Source: Nitrospirota bacterium (GTDB taxonomy: Bacteria > Nitrospirota > UBA9217). Taken from it: 56,282 nucleotides of DNA. The notes under the pieces are model-generated. The model had not been told where the DNA came from. It was given only the letters and a program-made list of their open reading frames with translations, and searched no databases. Positions within the stretch are counted from its first letter, which is position 1; the number at the start of each line of letters is the position of its first letter. Positions 9,606 to 18,374 of the stretch are shown here, in pieces. The stretch is taken from the NCBI GenBank assembly GCA_029858565.1, contig JAOUEV010000015.1:1-56282 (forward strand), in the 5' to 3' direction. A program made the position numbers and the translations under genes.

Positions 9606-10076
9606 TCACCCTGCTTCTGCGCCGCCGCCTCAACAAGATAACATAAGCGCGGCTGGGCAGTTCAGAACGACGAAGCCGTCCCGACCTGCCCGCCGCGCTT
9701 GGATGTTCCCTGCTATTCCTTCGGTTTCGTCCAGACCAGATAGGGACAGAGCTTGCACATGTTGAATCCCGGATAGGTCTCTCCGGTCCGCGGGTACGAT
9801 GCTCCCCCGGCCCCGTCTTCCCCACCGTACAACTACAGATGCACATGTGCGTGATGTTCGGTATTTTCGCCAGGAACAGGGTGCCTACGCCGTGACACGC
9901 TGAACTGTTCATGGTCATCTCAAATGAAGAACATCCAATATCCAATCATTTCCAGTGGCTTATCAGGATTTCCCCAGCGAACAAAAACAATATACCGATT
10001 GGCTTTCGAAGGCCCGGAGCGATGATGCGTCCCCCGAACTATGGCGATCTCTTGCTAATGAGGGACTGCACCGACG

Positions 10077-11426
10077 CTACCGTTCCCGGGGAATGCCCCA
10101 CTTCTTTCGTTTTTCCCACAGGGACTTGCGCGTAATGCCGAGTTTCTCTGCCAACTGTTGTTCATTGAACTGTTTCTGGTAACGAACGATGAACGCTTTG
10201 GTATAATCCTCGATCGTGAGCTTTTGATCGAACACTTCCTCCTGAAAGGAACCGTCGCCCTTGATCCCCTCGGGAAGGCACTCCGGGGTAATGAGATCGT
10301 TGTCGGCGATGATGATCGCGCGCTCAATGACGTTCTGCAGTTCCCGTACGTTCCCGGGCCAGGGATACCGCGTCAGCATCTCCAGGGCCTGTGCGGAAAC
10401 CTCCTTCACCGGTTTGTTGAGGTCGTGGCCGTAGCGTTCCAGATAATGCTTGACCAGCGATCGTATGTCGTCCACCCGTTCACGCAGCGGCGGGATCTGG
10501 AGCGATATGACGTTGATCCGGTAATAGAGGTCCTCGCGGAACGCGCTCTCCCGCACTGCGGCGCGCAGGTCGCGGTTCGTGGCAGTGATGAACCGGATGT
10601 CAACCTTGGTCCCCTTCGTGCTCCCGACCGGCCGGATCACCTGGTCCTCGATCACGCGAAGCAGTTTGGCCTGCAGGGGAAGGCTCATGTCGCCGATCTC
10701 ATCGAGAAAGACCGTGCCTCCGTCCGCCTCCTCGAGCAGGCCCTTCTTGTTGGCGACCGCGCCGGTGAAAGCGCCGCGCAGATGCCCGAAGAGCTCGGTC
10801 TCGAGCAGGTTCTCGGGGATCGCCGAGCAGTTGATCGGCACAAAGGGCATATCGCGGCGGCCGCTGTTGTGATGGATCACCCGCGCGAACAGCTCCTTGC
10901 CCGTGCCGGTCTCTCCCAGGAGGAGCACGTTGCTCCGCGCGTCGGTCACCTTCCGCACTTCCGCGAGTATGGACAGGATCGCCGGGCTCTCGCCGATGAT
11001 GCTGCTGAAATCATGCTCCTTCGCGATCTCCCGCTTAAGCAGGACGTTCTCCGTCTGAAGGCTCTTCTGTTTCAGCGCGTTCCTGACGACCTGCTTGATC
11101 TCCTCGTGGATGATCGGCTTCATGATATAGTCGTACGCGCCCGCGCGGAGCGCCTTGACCGACGTGTCCAGTGACGCGTAGGCAGTGACGACGATGAACA
11201 ACTGGTCGGGGATCTGCTCGCGCACCTTGGTCAGCATCTCGATGCCGTCCATGCCCGGCAGGATGATATCGGATATAATGACGTCGTAGGAACCCGCTTC
11301 CAGGAGCGCAAGCCCCTTCTCGGCCGAATCAACGGCTTCCACCGAGTAGCCTTCCTTGGTGAATATCCGCTTGATGGAATCGCGCAGTGTTTCCTCGTCC
11401 TCAACGATCAGAATGCTCTTTGACAT
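10077..11426 (-). CDS. Sigma54-dependent response regulator (NtrC family, CbrB-like)
   Basis: REC domain, GETGTGKE Walker A, ELFGHLRGAFTGA, FLDEIG, WPGNVREL, C-terminal LAEKLGITRKSLWEKRKKWGI HTH resembling CbrB. Confidence 0.92.
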   Translation of the reverse strand: MSKSILIVEDEETLRDSIKRIFTKEGYSVEAVDSAEKGLALLEAGSYDVIISDIILPGMDGIEMLTKVREQIPDQLFIVVTAYASLDTSVKALRAGAYDYIMKPIIHEEIKQVVRNALKQKSLQTENVLLKREIAKEHDFSSIIGESPAILSILAEVRKVTDARSNVLLLGETGTGKELFARVIHHNSGRRDMPFVPINCSAIPENLLETELFGHLRGAFTGAVANKKGLLEEADGGTVFLDEIGDMSLPLQAKLLRVIEDQVIRPVGSTKGTKVDIRFITATNRDLRAAVRESAFREDLYYRINVISLQIPPLRERVDDIRSLVKHYLERYGHDLNKPVKEVSAQALEMLTRYPWPGNVRELQNVIERAIIIADNDLITPECLPEGIKGDGSFQEEVFDQKLTIEDYTKAFIVRYQKQFNEQQLAEKLGITRKSLWEKRKKWGIPRER

Positions 11427-11428
11427 GC

Positions 11429-14371
11429 CTACTCCTCAACAGGTAGAGTGATGATGAATGTCGTGCCCTTGCTCTTCTCGGACAGGACCTCAATGGTCCC
11501 GCCGTGGTCCTTGACGATGCTGTAACAGATGCTCAGGCCCAGCCCGGTGCCGCCCCGCGGACCCTTGGTCGTGAAAAAAGGATCGAAGATCTTGTCCCTG
11601 ACCGACCCGTCGATCCCCGCGCCGCTGTCGGCAAAGACCATGCGAACATGTCCATTCGCTTCGGCGATCGAGATGTCCAGCTTCCCGCCGGACGGCATTG
11701 CATCACGGGCGTTGAGCAGAAGGTTCAGGAAGACCTGCTGCATCTGATCGGGATCGATCTTGACCGGTCGCGTATTTTTCACCTCGGTACCCACAACGAT
11801 CTTCTTGAAGTTCTTGTCGAACCGCACCAGATCGATGGTATTCTGCAGGATGTCCTGCAGGCTCGTGGGAACGCGCTGGCGGGGATAGAGCCGCGCGAAG
11901 TCGCCCAGGTTCCGGACAATGCGGGCGATCCTGTTCACATGCTGATTGATCGTTGCGAGAGAACCCTTCAGGAATTCCGATCCGTCCTCGGTCATCAGTT
12001 CCTGCACCAGCGAAGAGATGGAGGCCAGGGGGTTCCCGATCTCATGGGACACGCCCGCGGCAAGCCTGCCCACGCTCGCGTGCTTGGTGGCTCGGAACAG
12101 CTCTTCCTCGATCTTTTTCTTCTCGGTGATATCCTCGAGAACGATCACGTACCCCTTCTGCGCGCCGGTCAGCCGGCTGACCAGGCCCTTGAGGATGATC
12201 TGCGGATCAAAGTTCCGTCTGCAGGTGAGTTCTCCCTCCTTGATCGCCGGGTCGAACAATTGCGGCTCCAGGCACTGAAGCAGCCTTTGCGCGGGCTTGC
12301 CCAGTGCGTCGGACTTCTCAACGCCGGTGATCATCTCCATGGAGGTGTTCCAGTAGGTCACCCGGTGCGCCTCGTCAAGCGTTGCCACGCCGAGCGGAAG
12401 ACTTTCGATGATGCTCTCGCTGAACTCCTTGAGACCAGCGAGCTGGCGGTTCGCCTCGGCCAGTTCCTGTCGCGACAGGCGCAGGCTGCGGGACATCTGC
12501 CGGATGGAATCGGAGATCCGGTGCGACTCGTCTCCGGCAGGGACCGTCTGTTCCTGGAATACCAGCGTACTGATGGAAGGTCCCAACGCCCCGGAGAGGA
12601 TCCGCTCCGCCTCTTCCCGCAGTTTCAGCAGCCATTCTCCGGACAGGGTCTCCCGCGCAAGACCGTTCCTGCGCAGGAATCCGTTGATCGCGTCCTTCGC
12701 CTCGGACGGTCCCAGATACTGCACCAGGATGTCCTCGAGCTCGCCAAGCGTGGTCGGTCGGTGGCTCGACGGGAAATGACGCGGCGAGAAGGACTCGACG
12801 AAGATCATCGCCTGGCGGGTCTCCTCGTCGGACTGCCGGGTAAAGAGCGACACGGAAACGAAGAAGAACAGGTTCAGCAGCATTCCCCAGAAAAGCGAAT
12901 GGGTCCATCGGTCAAGTCCCGTGAGACCGAACAGCGCCGTCGGGTTCAGGAGCGTGGAGTTAAAGAGCGAGCCCAGCGGTCCGCCGGGCTCGATGATGCC
13001 GGCGCGCATGAAGGCGGGTATGAGCAGCGTGTAGATCCAGACCGAAAAACCCGCGACAATGCCTGCTATCGCGCCTTTTCCGTTTGCCCCTTTCCAGTAC
13101 AGGCCGATGAGGATCGATGGAGCGAAGATCGTCACCGCCTCAAAGGACTTGAGGCCGATATCCACGAGGCTGTAGAACTCGCCCACGTACACGGCGAATA
13201 TATATCCGAGGAACACCAGCCCGACAATGACTATCCGCTTGATGTTCAGGATCACCGTGTGCAGGTTCCGGATGCTGATGCCGAAGAGCGTGGGAAGCAC
13301 AAAGCTGTTCATCACCATGGTCGAGAGCGCCAGGGACTCCACGATGACCATGGCGGTCGCGGCCGAGAATCCGCCGATGAACACGATGACCGCCAGCAGC
13401 GGGTTCCCGTGGGTGAGCGGGATGCTCAGGACAAAGTAGTCAGCGCTGTCCGGAGAACCTCCAAGCATCAGTCCGCCGTAGGCGATCGGCAGCACGAAGA
13501 TGTTTATCAGGAAAAGGTAGAGCGGAAACAGCCAGACGGCTTTGCGAATATGATCGGGCGAGTAGTTCTCCACTACGGCAACATGGAACTGCCGGGGCAG
13601 GAACAGGATCGCCATCATGGACAGGAAGGTGAGCGACGTCCACTCGAGATAGCTCTCGCCCGAGCCTTCGCCAACGGTCATAAGAAAGGAGTAGGAGCTT
13701 TCGCGCATTTTGTGCCAGATGTCGCTGAACCCGTCGAAGAGGCCATAGGTGACGAAGAAGCCCACGAGAAGGAACGCGACCAACTTGATCGCGGACTCGA
13801 AAGCCACGGCAAAGACCAGCCCGCCGTGGCGTTCGGAAGCATCGAGCCTCCTGGCTCCGAAAATGACCGCGAACACGCCCAGGAGCAGCGATATCGCCCA
13901 GCCCGCGAAGTGGCTCCCCTCGGGACGGCCGGAGAGAAGCGAGAAGGTGGTCATGATGGCCTTGAGCTGCAGACCCAGATAGGGCGTGATACCCACCACG
14001 GCGACCAGGGTCACGAGAACCGATAGCGCCAGGGACTTTCCGTACCGCGCGGCAATGAAGTCCGATATGGTGGTTATGCGGTTCTCCTTGGAGAGGTAGA
14101 CGATCTTCCGGAGGACCATCCACATGAGCGCTGCCATGAGCGTGGGACCGATATAGGTCGTCAGGAAAGTAAGACCGGAATTGGCAGCCCTTCCCACGCT
14201 GCCATAAAAGGTCCAGGACGTACAGTAGACAGCAAGGGAAAGCGAGTAAACATAGGGATTGGATGTGAGGCTCCTGCCCCGCTGCTCCATGCGGTCGGCC
14301 ACATAGGCCACGCAGAACAGCAGCAGCAGGTACCCGAGGATGATGGTGAGAAGAAGCCAGGGCGAGAACAC
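11429..14371 (-). CDS. SLC5 (sodium:solute symporter)-STAC-PAS histidine kinase, CbrA/CrbS-like
   Basis: N-terminal multi-TM symporter region (YSLSLAVYCTSWTFYGSVG, PRQFHVAVVEN), STAC-like helical region, PAS, H-box SHEIGNPL, N box, G boxes (FDPFFTTK..GTGLGL). Confidence 0.92.
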   Translation of the reverse strand: MFSPWLLLTIILGYLLLLFCVAYVADRMEQRGRSLTSNPYVYSLSLAVYCTSWTFYGSVGRAANSGLTFLTTYIGPTLMAALMWMVLRKIVYLSKENRITTISDFIAARYGKSLALSVLVTLVAVVGITPYLGLQLKAIMTTFSLLSGRPEGSHFAGWAISLLLGVFAVIFGARRLDASERHGGLVFAVAFESAIKLVAFLLVGFFVTYGLFDGFSDIWHKMRESSYSFLMTVGEGSGESYLEWTSLTFLSMMAILFLPRQFHVAVVENYSPDHIRKAVWLFPLYLFLINIFVLPIAYGGLMLGGSPDSADYFVLSIPLTHGNPLLAVIVFIGGFSAATAMVIVESLALSTMVMNSFVLPTLFGISIRNLHTVILNIKRIVIVGLVFLGYIFAVYVGEFYSLVDIGLKSFEAVTIFAPSILIGLYWKGANGKGAIAGIVAGFSVWIYTLLIPAFMRAGIIEPGGPLGSLFNSTLLNPTALFGLTGLDRWTHSLFWGMLLNLFFFVSVSLFTRQSDEETRQAMIFVESFSPRHFPSSHRPTTLGELEDILVQYLGPSEAKDAINGFLRRNGLARETLSGEWLLKLREEAERILSGALGPSISTLVFQEQTVPAGDESHRISDSIRQMSRSLRLSRQELAEANRQLAGLKEFSESIIESLPLGVATLDEAHRVTYWNTSMEMITGVEKSDALGKPAQRLLQCLEPQLFDPAIKEGELTCRRNFDPQIILKGLVSRLTGAQKGYVIVLEDITEKKKIEEELFRATKHASVGRLAAGVSHEIGNPLASISSLVQELMTEDGSEFLKGSLATINQHVNRIARIVRNLGDFARLYPRQRVPTSLQDILQNTIDLVRFDKNFKKIVVGTEVKNTRPVKIDPDQMQQVFLNLLLNARDAMPSGGKLDISIAEANGHVRMVFADSGAGIDGSVRDKIFDPFFTTKGPRGGTGLGLSICYSIVKDHGGTIEVLSEKSKGTTFIITLPVEE

Positions 14372-14548
14372 TCAGTTCCCTCCGCCTTCGCGGTCGCCGA
14401 ACACCGTCGCTGCAAGGATCATGGCAATGAACAGTATCCAGACCACGAAAAGATAGGTTGTGAGGCTTTCGTGAAAGATATTGATGAACGGCCAGCTGAA
14501 CAGGAGAAGGCCCAGGAAAAAAAGAAATATGGAAATATCTTTTTTCAT
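14372..14548 (-). CDS. 58-aa two-TM peptide, CbrX-like
   Basis: Manual translation MKKDISIFLFFLGLLLFSWPFINIFHESLTTYLFVVWILFIAMILAATVFGDREGGGN; TGA directly abuts the GTG of the kinase. Below the ORF-track cutoff. Confidence 0.8.
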   Translation of the reverse strand: MKKDISIFLFFLGLLLFSWPFINIFHESLTTYLFVVWILFIAMILAATVFGDREGGGN

Positions 14549-14864
14549 GATCTCTTTATGGTTTCGTAACCTTTCTGCACAAAAAGAACAAATGAGACCT
14601 TTCTACACGCTCAATAAATCATTAGATATCACAAGGTTATCACACTCACCATTGTAATTTTTTCATGTTACCACAAACTGTAACTTTTATCCACGCTGTT
14701 TTTTCAGCTTCCATGACTCAAAGAATTGCATATCAAGTGTTCCTTTTCCACACAGCACGATGCGACATCTTTGTAATGATGGTGGTATGATGTATGATTG
14801 ATTTTGCCGTCTGACTTTGCTACCCTGTCATGTGCACGATCGAACCGGCAAGGAGGATCGCTTG

Positions 14865-15392
14865 ATGAATAGATTGACCGGGAAAAAGGTCCTGATGGTC
14901 ATTGCCAAATCCAAGTTCCGCGACGAGGAATACCTGGAGCCGCGAAAGGCACTGGAGAGCGAAGGTGCTGCGATCACCGTTGCCTCATCCAGCCTGGAGG
15001 TCGCAGAGGGAATGCTGGGCCTGAAAGTAAAACCCGACAGGCTGATCACCGGTGTGAAGGAAGAGGACTTTGACGGAGTGGTCTTCGTGGGCGGAGGCGG
15101 GTCAAAGGAGTATTTCGACAGCCCGGTCGCGCACGACCTGGCAAGGAATTTCTACGATCACGACAAACTTACCTCGGCTATCTGCATTGCTCCTGCAGTG
15201 CTCGCCAACGCCGGACTGTTGAAGGGGAAAAAAGCTACTTCCTTCCCCTCCTCCGAGGCAACGCTCAAATCACGGGGAGCCGTGATCACCGGAGAGGACG
15301 TCTCAATGGACGGAAAGATCGTGACCGCGGTGGGTCCCGAAGCGGCGAAGAAGTTCGGTCAAAAGCTGGTCGATGTACTTAGCGGGAAGTAG
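14865..15392 (+). CDS. DJ-1/PfpI family protein
   Basis: KKVLMVIA..FRDEE, FDGVVFVGGGG, catalytic AICIAP, GKKAT; RBS AAGGAGG at 14850-14856. Confidence 0.9.
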   Translation: MNRLTGKKVLMVIAKSKFRDEEYLEPRKALESEGAAITVASSSLEVAEGMLGLKVKPDRLITGVKEEDFDGVVFVGGGGSKEYFDSPVAHDLARNFYDHDKLTSAICIAPAVLANAGLLKGKKATSFPSSEATLKSRGAVITGEDVSMDGKIVTAVGPEAAKKFGQKLVDVLSGK

Positions 15393-15494
15393 ATGCGGTG
15401 AACCTGTCCTACGTGACCCCGCTCGCACTTTGATACCTGAGCGATCGGATGCTTACTATTTTTCAATTTATTACCTGAGAGGCACTGCGAACGA

Positions 15495-15842
15495 ATGGAC
15501 GACACAGAGATCGAGCAGTACCGGGCCAAACTGGTCATACAAAAAGCGGAGTTGGAGGCTCTTGAAGCTTCTGCCGAAGGAACAACCGGCCAGATGGACC
15601 TGGAAAACGCTATCGGCGGCCGTTCTTCCGTGCGCGAAGCCATGCAGGCGCACCTTGCTGCCAATGAGGCATCCAGGCGCCGCCAACGCCGGATCCAGAA
15701 GATCGGAGGTGCCTTACGTCGCATCGAATCAGGCGCATATGGTAATTGTTTTATATGCGGCGCGGCGCTTGAGGCGGACCGGCTCGACCAGGATCAGACG
15801 ATCACGCGCTGCGTGAACTGCATAGAGGATCTGAGCGAGTAA
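15495..15842 (+). CDS. TraR/DksA C4-type zinc finger protein
   Basis: Coiled coil, then ALRRIESGAYGNCFICG...RL...TRCVNC. Confidence 0.85.
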   Translation: MDDTEIEQYRAKLVIQKAELEALEASAEGTTGQMDLENAIGGRSSVREAMQAHLAANEASRRRQRRIQKIGGALRRIESGAYGNCFICGAALEADRLDQDQTITRCVNCIEDLSE

Positions 15843-15905
15843 ACTATGCGTTCCCGGGCGCAGGCGCACCGGGGTAACGAAACTCCCTGCGAAAGGAATG
15901 CCAGC

Positions 15906-16820
15906 ATGCGATCGAACTTTGTGATTTCCCTCCTGTCGTTGTTCCTTGCCATCATCCCATCCCTTTCCTCTGCCACCCCGGACTATGCCAAGCAAACCGG
16001 GTTCGAATGCGGAACATGCCATGTCGATGCCATCGGCGGAGGAAAGCTTACAACGGCTGGTGAGCAGTTTATCAGCGACCTTAAAGCCAAAGGACAGTAT
16101 CGCCAACTGTCCATGACCCAGCACATGGTGAGGCTCGTTGTTGGATACCTCCACATGCTGGCCGCGGTTGTCTGGTTCGGCACGATCCTGTATGTCCACC
16201 TTCTGCTGAAGCCGGCCTACGCCTCGAAGGGCCTCCCCAGGGGCGAACTCCGTCTCGGTATGCTGTCCATGGTCGTGATCGCCGCGACCGGCACGCTGCT
16301 CACCATCGCGCGCATGCCGAACCTCGACGCCTTCATTTCCACCCGTTTCGGAGTCCTCCTCTCCATCAAGATCGTATTATTCCTCGTGATGGTCACAAGC
16401 GCTGTTATTACCATCACCTACATCGGCCCGCGGCTCCGGAAGAAGCTGAAAAGCCCGGTCGCGGCCCTGATCTCCCGCGATATCACCGCAGAACAGCTGT
16501 CACACTTCGATGGCAAGGACGGCCATCCCGCCTACATCGCCTACAAGGGCATGGTCTACGACATAACGAACAGCCGCCTCTGGAAGAACGGGGCGCATAT
16601 GGTAAAGCACCATGCGGGAACTGACCTGACCGAGGCGCTCGGCCAGGCGCCGCACAAGGAGGACAAGGTGCTCGCCATGCCGCAGGTCGGCATGCTGGTC
16701 GCTGCGGACCGGAAGCCGGAGCGACCATTCCATGAGCGGCTCTTCTATTTCTTCGCTTACATGAACCTAGCGCTGGTATTCGTGATCATCTTTGTCATAT
16801 CCCTGTGGAGGTGGTGGTAG
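15906..16820 (+). CDS. Monoheme cytochrome c + CopD-like membrane domain + cytochrome b5-like domain fusion
   Basis: Signal peptide, CGTCH heme motif, TM helices (YLHMLAAVVWFG; FGVLLSIKIVLF), b5-like motif EQLSHFDGKDGHPAYIAYKGMVYDIT..W..G.H...HHAGTDLT...APH. Confidence 0.8.
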   Translation: MRSNFVISLLSLFLAIIPSLSSATPDYAKQTGFECGTCHVDAIGGGKLTTAGEQFISDLKAKGQYRQLSMTQHMVRLVVGYLHMLAAVVWFGTILYVHLLLKPAYASKGLPRGELRLGMLSMVVIAATGTLLTIARMPNLDAFISTRFGVLLSIKIVLFLVMVTSAVITITYIGPRLRKKLKSPVAALISRDITAEQLSHFDGKDGHPAYIAYKGMVYDITNSRLWKNGAHMVKHHAGTDLTEALGQAPHKEDKVLAMPQVGMLVAADRKPERPFHERLFYFFAYMNLALVFVIIFVISLWRWW

Positions 16821-16833
16821 AAGGAAAAAACCC

Positions 16834-16862
16834 TTGCCTTTTCAGCTGTCTTCTGATATAAA
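16834..16862 (+). promoter_or_regulatory. Putative sigma70 promoter of the rpsF operon
   Basis: TTGCCT-N17-TATAAA with TGn extension. Confidence 0.55.
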
Positions 16863-16924
16863 TAGCATTCCTAAAAACGAGTAAGGTCGATTCCCCGGGC
16901 ATGATGTTCCGGCCCGCAGGGATT

Positions 16925-16970
16925 ACTCCTTGCTCCCCGCCAGGACGGGGGGCTATAACCCATAGGGAGG
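16925..16970 (+). ncRNA. S6:S18 ribosomal protein leader (autoregulatory cis element)
   Basis: CTCCTT can pair with the SD AGGGAG; inner hairpin GCTCCCC/GGGGGGC; unpaired CCC just 5' of the SD strand; located immediately upstream of rpsF. Confidence 0.7.
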
Positions 16971-16976
16971 TTGCAG

Positions 16977-17357
16977 ATGCAGATTTACGAGTCCATTTTC
17001 ATCATCAACCCCAATCTTTCCGACGAGGAAACGAACAACGTCATCAAGAAGATGCAGGACGTGGTCGCCAAGCAGGGCGGCGAGATGACCAAGTTCGAGG
17101 ACTGGGGCAAGAAGAAACTCGCCTACGAAGTGAAGAAGCAGAAGCGCGGCCATTACGTGTTCTTCCAGTTCAAAGGAACACCGGCCGCGATCGCGGAGCT
17201 CGAGCGTACCTTCAAGCTCACGGACGCGGTCATCAAGTTCCTGTCCGTAAAGCTCGAAAAAGAACTGCGCGTCAAGGCGCCGCCGAAGCCGAAGAAGGAA
17301 AAACCGGCCGCGGCAGCACCGTCGACAAGGCCGATGAGCGACCAGCGCCGTTCGTAA
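16977..17357 (+). CDS. rpsF: 30S ribosomal protein S6
   Basis: YESIFIINPNL, DWGKKKLAYEVKK..RGHY; ATG 6 nt after GGGAGG. Confidence 0.97.
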   Translation: MQIYESIFIINPNLSDEETNNVIKKMQDVVAKQGGEMTKFEDWGKKKLAYEVKKQKRGHYVFFQFKGTPAAIAELERTFKLTDAVIKFLSVKLEKELRVKAPPKPKKEKPAAAAPSTRPMSDQRRS

Positions 17358-17399
17358 TCCCCGCGCGTTCCTGCGCGGCAATCACCAGGAAGGAGCGGC

Positions 17400-17813
17400 A
17401 TGATCAGCTTCAATAAAGTCATCCTCCTCGGCAACCTCACCCGTGACCCCGAGGTCCGGTACCTGCCCAGCGGCACCGCCGTGGCGAGCTTCGCCATCGC
17501 CGTGAACCGCCGGTACAAGCAGGGAGACGAGACCAAGGACGAGGTGAGCTACATCGACATTGTCGTGTTCGGCAAGACCGCGGAGAACTGCGGCCAGTAC
17601 CTGAACAAGGGCGATGCCATCCTGGTGGACGGCCGGCTGCAGCAGCGCCGGTGGGACGACAAGGAGTCCGGTCAAAAGCGCAGCAAGGTGGAAGTGGTTG
17701 CGCAGACCGTCAATTTCATGCCGAAACGTTCCGGCCAGACGCCCCGCGGGGGCGACAGCCAGTCGGAACCCATGCCCGAGCCGCCGGTGGACGAAGGGGA
17801 TATTCCCTTTTGA
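17400..17813 (+). CDS. ssb: Single-stranded DNA-binding protein
   Basis: NKVILLGNLTRDPEVRY, VDGRLQQRRW, C-terminal DIPF. Confidence 0.97.
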   Translation: MISFNKVILLGNLTRDPEVRYLPSGTAVASFAIAVNRRYKQGDETKDEVSYIDIVVFGKTAENCGQYLNKGDAILVDGRLQQRRWDDKESGQKRSKVEVVAQTVNFMPKRSGQTPRGGDSQSEPMPEPPVDEGDIPF

Positions 17814-17866
17814 CGTGATCCATCAGCCCGCGGCCCGGCACCAGAACAATTAAGGAGCCAACAATC

Positions 17867-18205
17867 ATGGCAGAAACAACTGAAAGCAGGCCGGCATCAT
17901 CCCCCCGGCCGGAAGGCAGGCCCTCGGGGCCCCGTCCTCCTCATCGTGAGGGCGGCAGACCCGGCGGCGACCGCAAGCGCCGGTTCCAGGTCCGGAAAAA
18001 GGTTTGCCGGTTCTGCGTCGACAAGTCGCCGTTCATCGACTACAAGGACCTCAAGACCCTGAAGTTCTTCATCACCGAGCGGGGCAAGATCCTCCCCCGC
18101 CGCATTTCCGGCAATTGCGCCCGTCATCAGCGCGAGATCACCGTGGCGATCCAGCGCAGCAGGAACATCGCGCTGCTGCCGTTCTCCGGCGACAAGAGCA
18201 ACTAG
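17867..18205 (+). CDS. rpsR: 30S ribosomal protein S18 (Zn-binding form, N-terminal extension)
   Basis: [32 protein letters not shown]. Confidence 0.97.
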   Translation: MAETTESRPASSPRPEGRPSGPRPPHREGGRPGGDRKRRFQVRKKVCRFCVDKSPFIDYKDLKTLKFFITERGKILPRRISGNCARHQREITVAIQRSRNIALLPFSGDKSN

Positions 18206-18244
18206 ACCCGGAGCATCATCACACCTTCAAGGGAAACCCGTCGT

Positions 18245-18334
18245 ATTGCGGATTTCGGATTGCGGATTTCGGATTTAACATCTTCGGACTTTTCCAAAGC
18301 TGTTATTCCGCAATCAACAATCTACGATCCGCAA
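18245..18334. repeat. Heptamer tandem repeat (ATTGCGG/ATTTCGG x4) with degenerate inverted copy
   Basis: ATTGCGG ATTTCGG ATTGCGG ATTTCGG at 18245-18272 and TTCCGCAATC..ATCCGCAA at 18306-18334. Confidence 0.75.
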
Positions 18335-18374
18335 CCGATTGGGTTTCCTTTTTTTTGATAGAAGCGGAGATACC

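Noticed and set aside
10042-10056. TGGCGATCTCTTGCT as a sigma54 promoter
   Set aside because: GG-to-GC spacing is 9 rather than 10 nt, and it points antisense into the regulator gene.
11504-14026. 840-aa plus-strand ORF and similar long antisense ORFs (e.g. 47895-49766, 26057-27283, 10158-11174)
   Set aside because: Shadow frames of well-supported genes in GC-rich DNA, with no recognisable motifs.
18245-18334. CRISPR array
   Set aside because: 7-nt tandem units without unique spacers, and no cas genes in the window.
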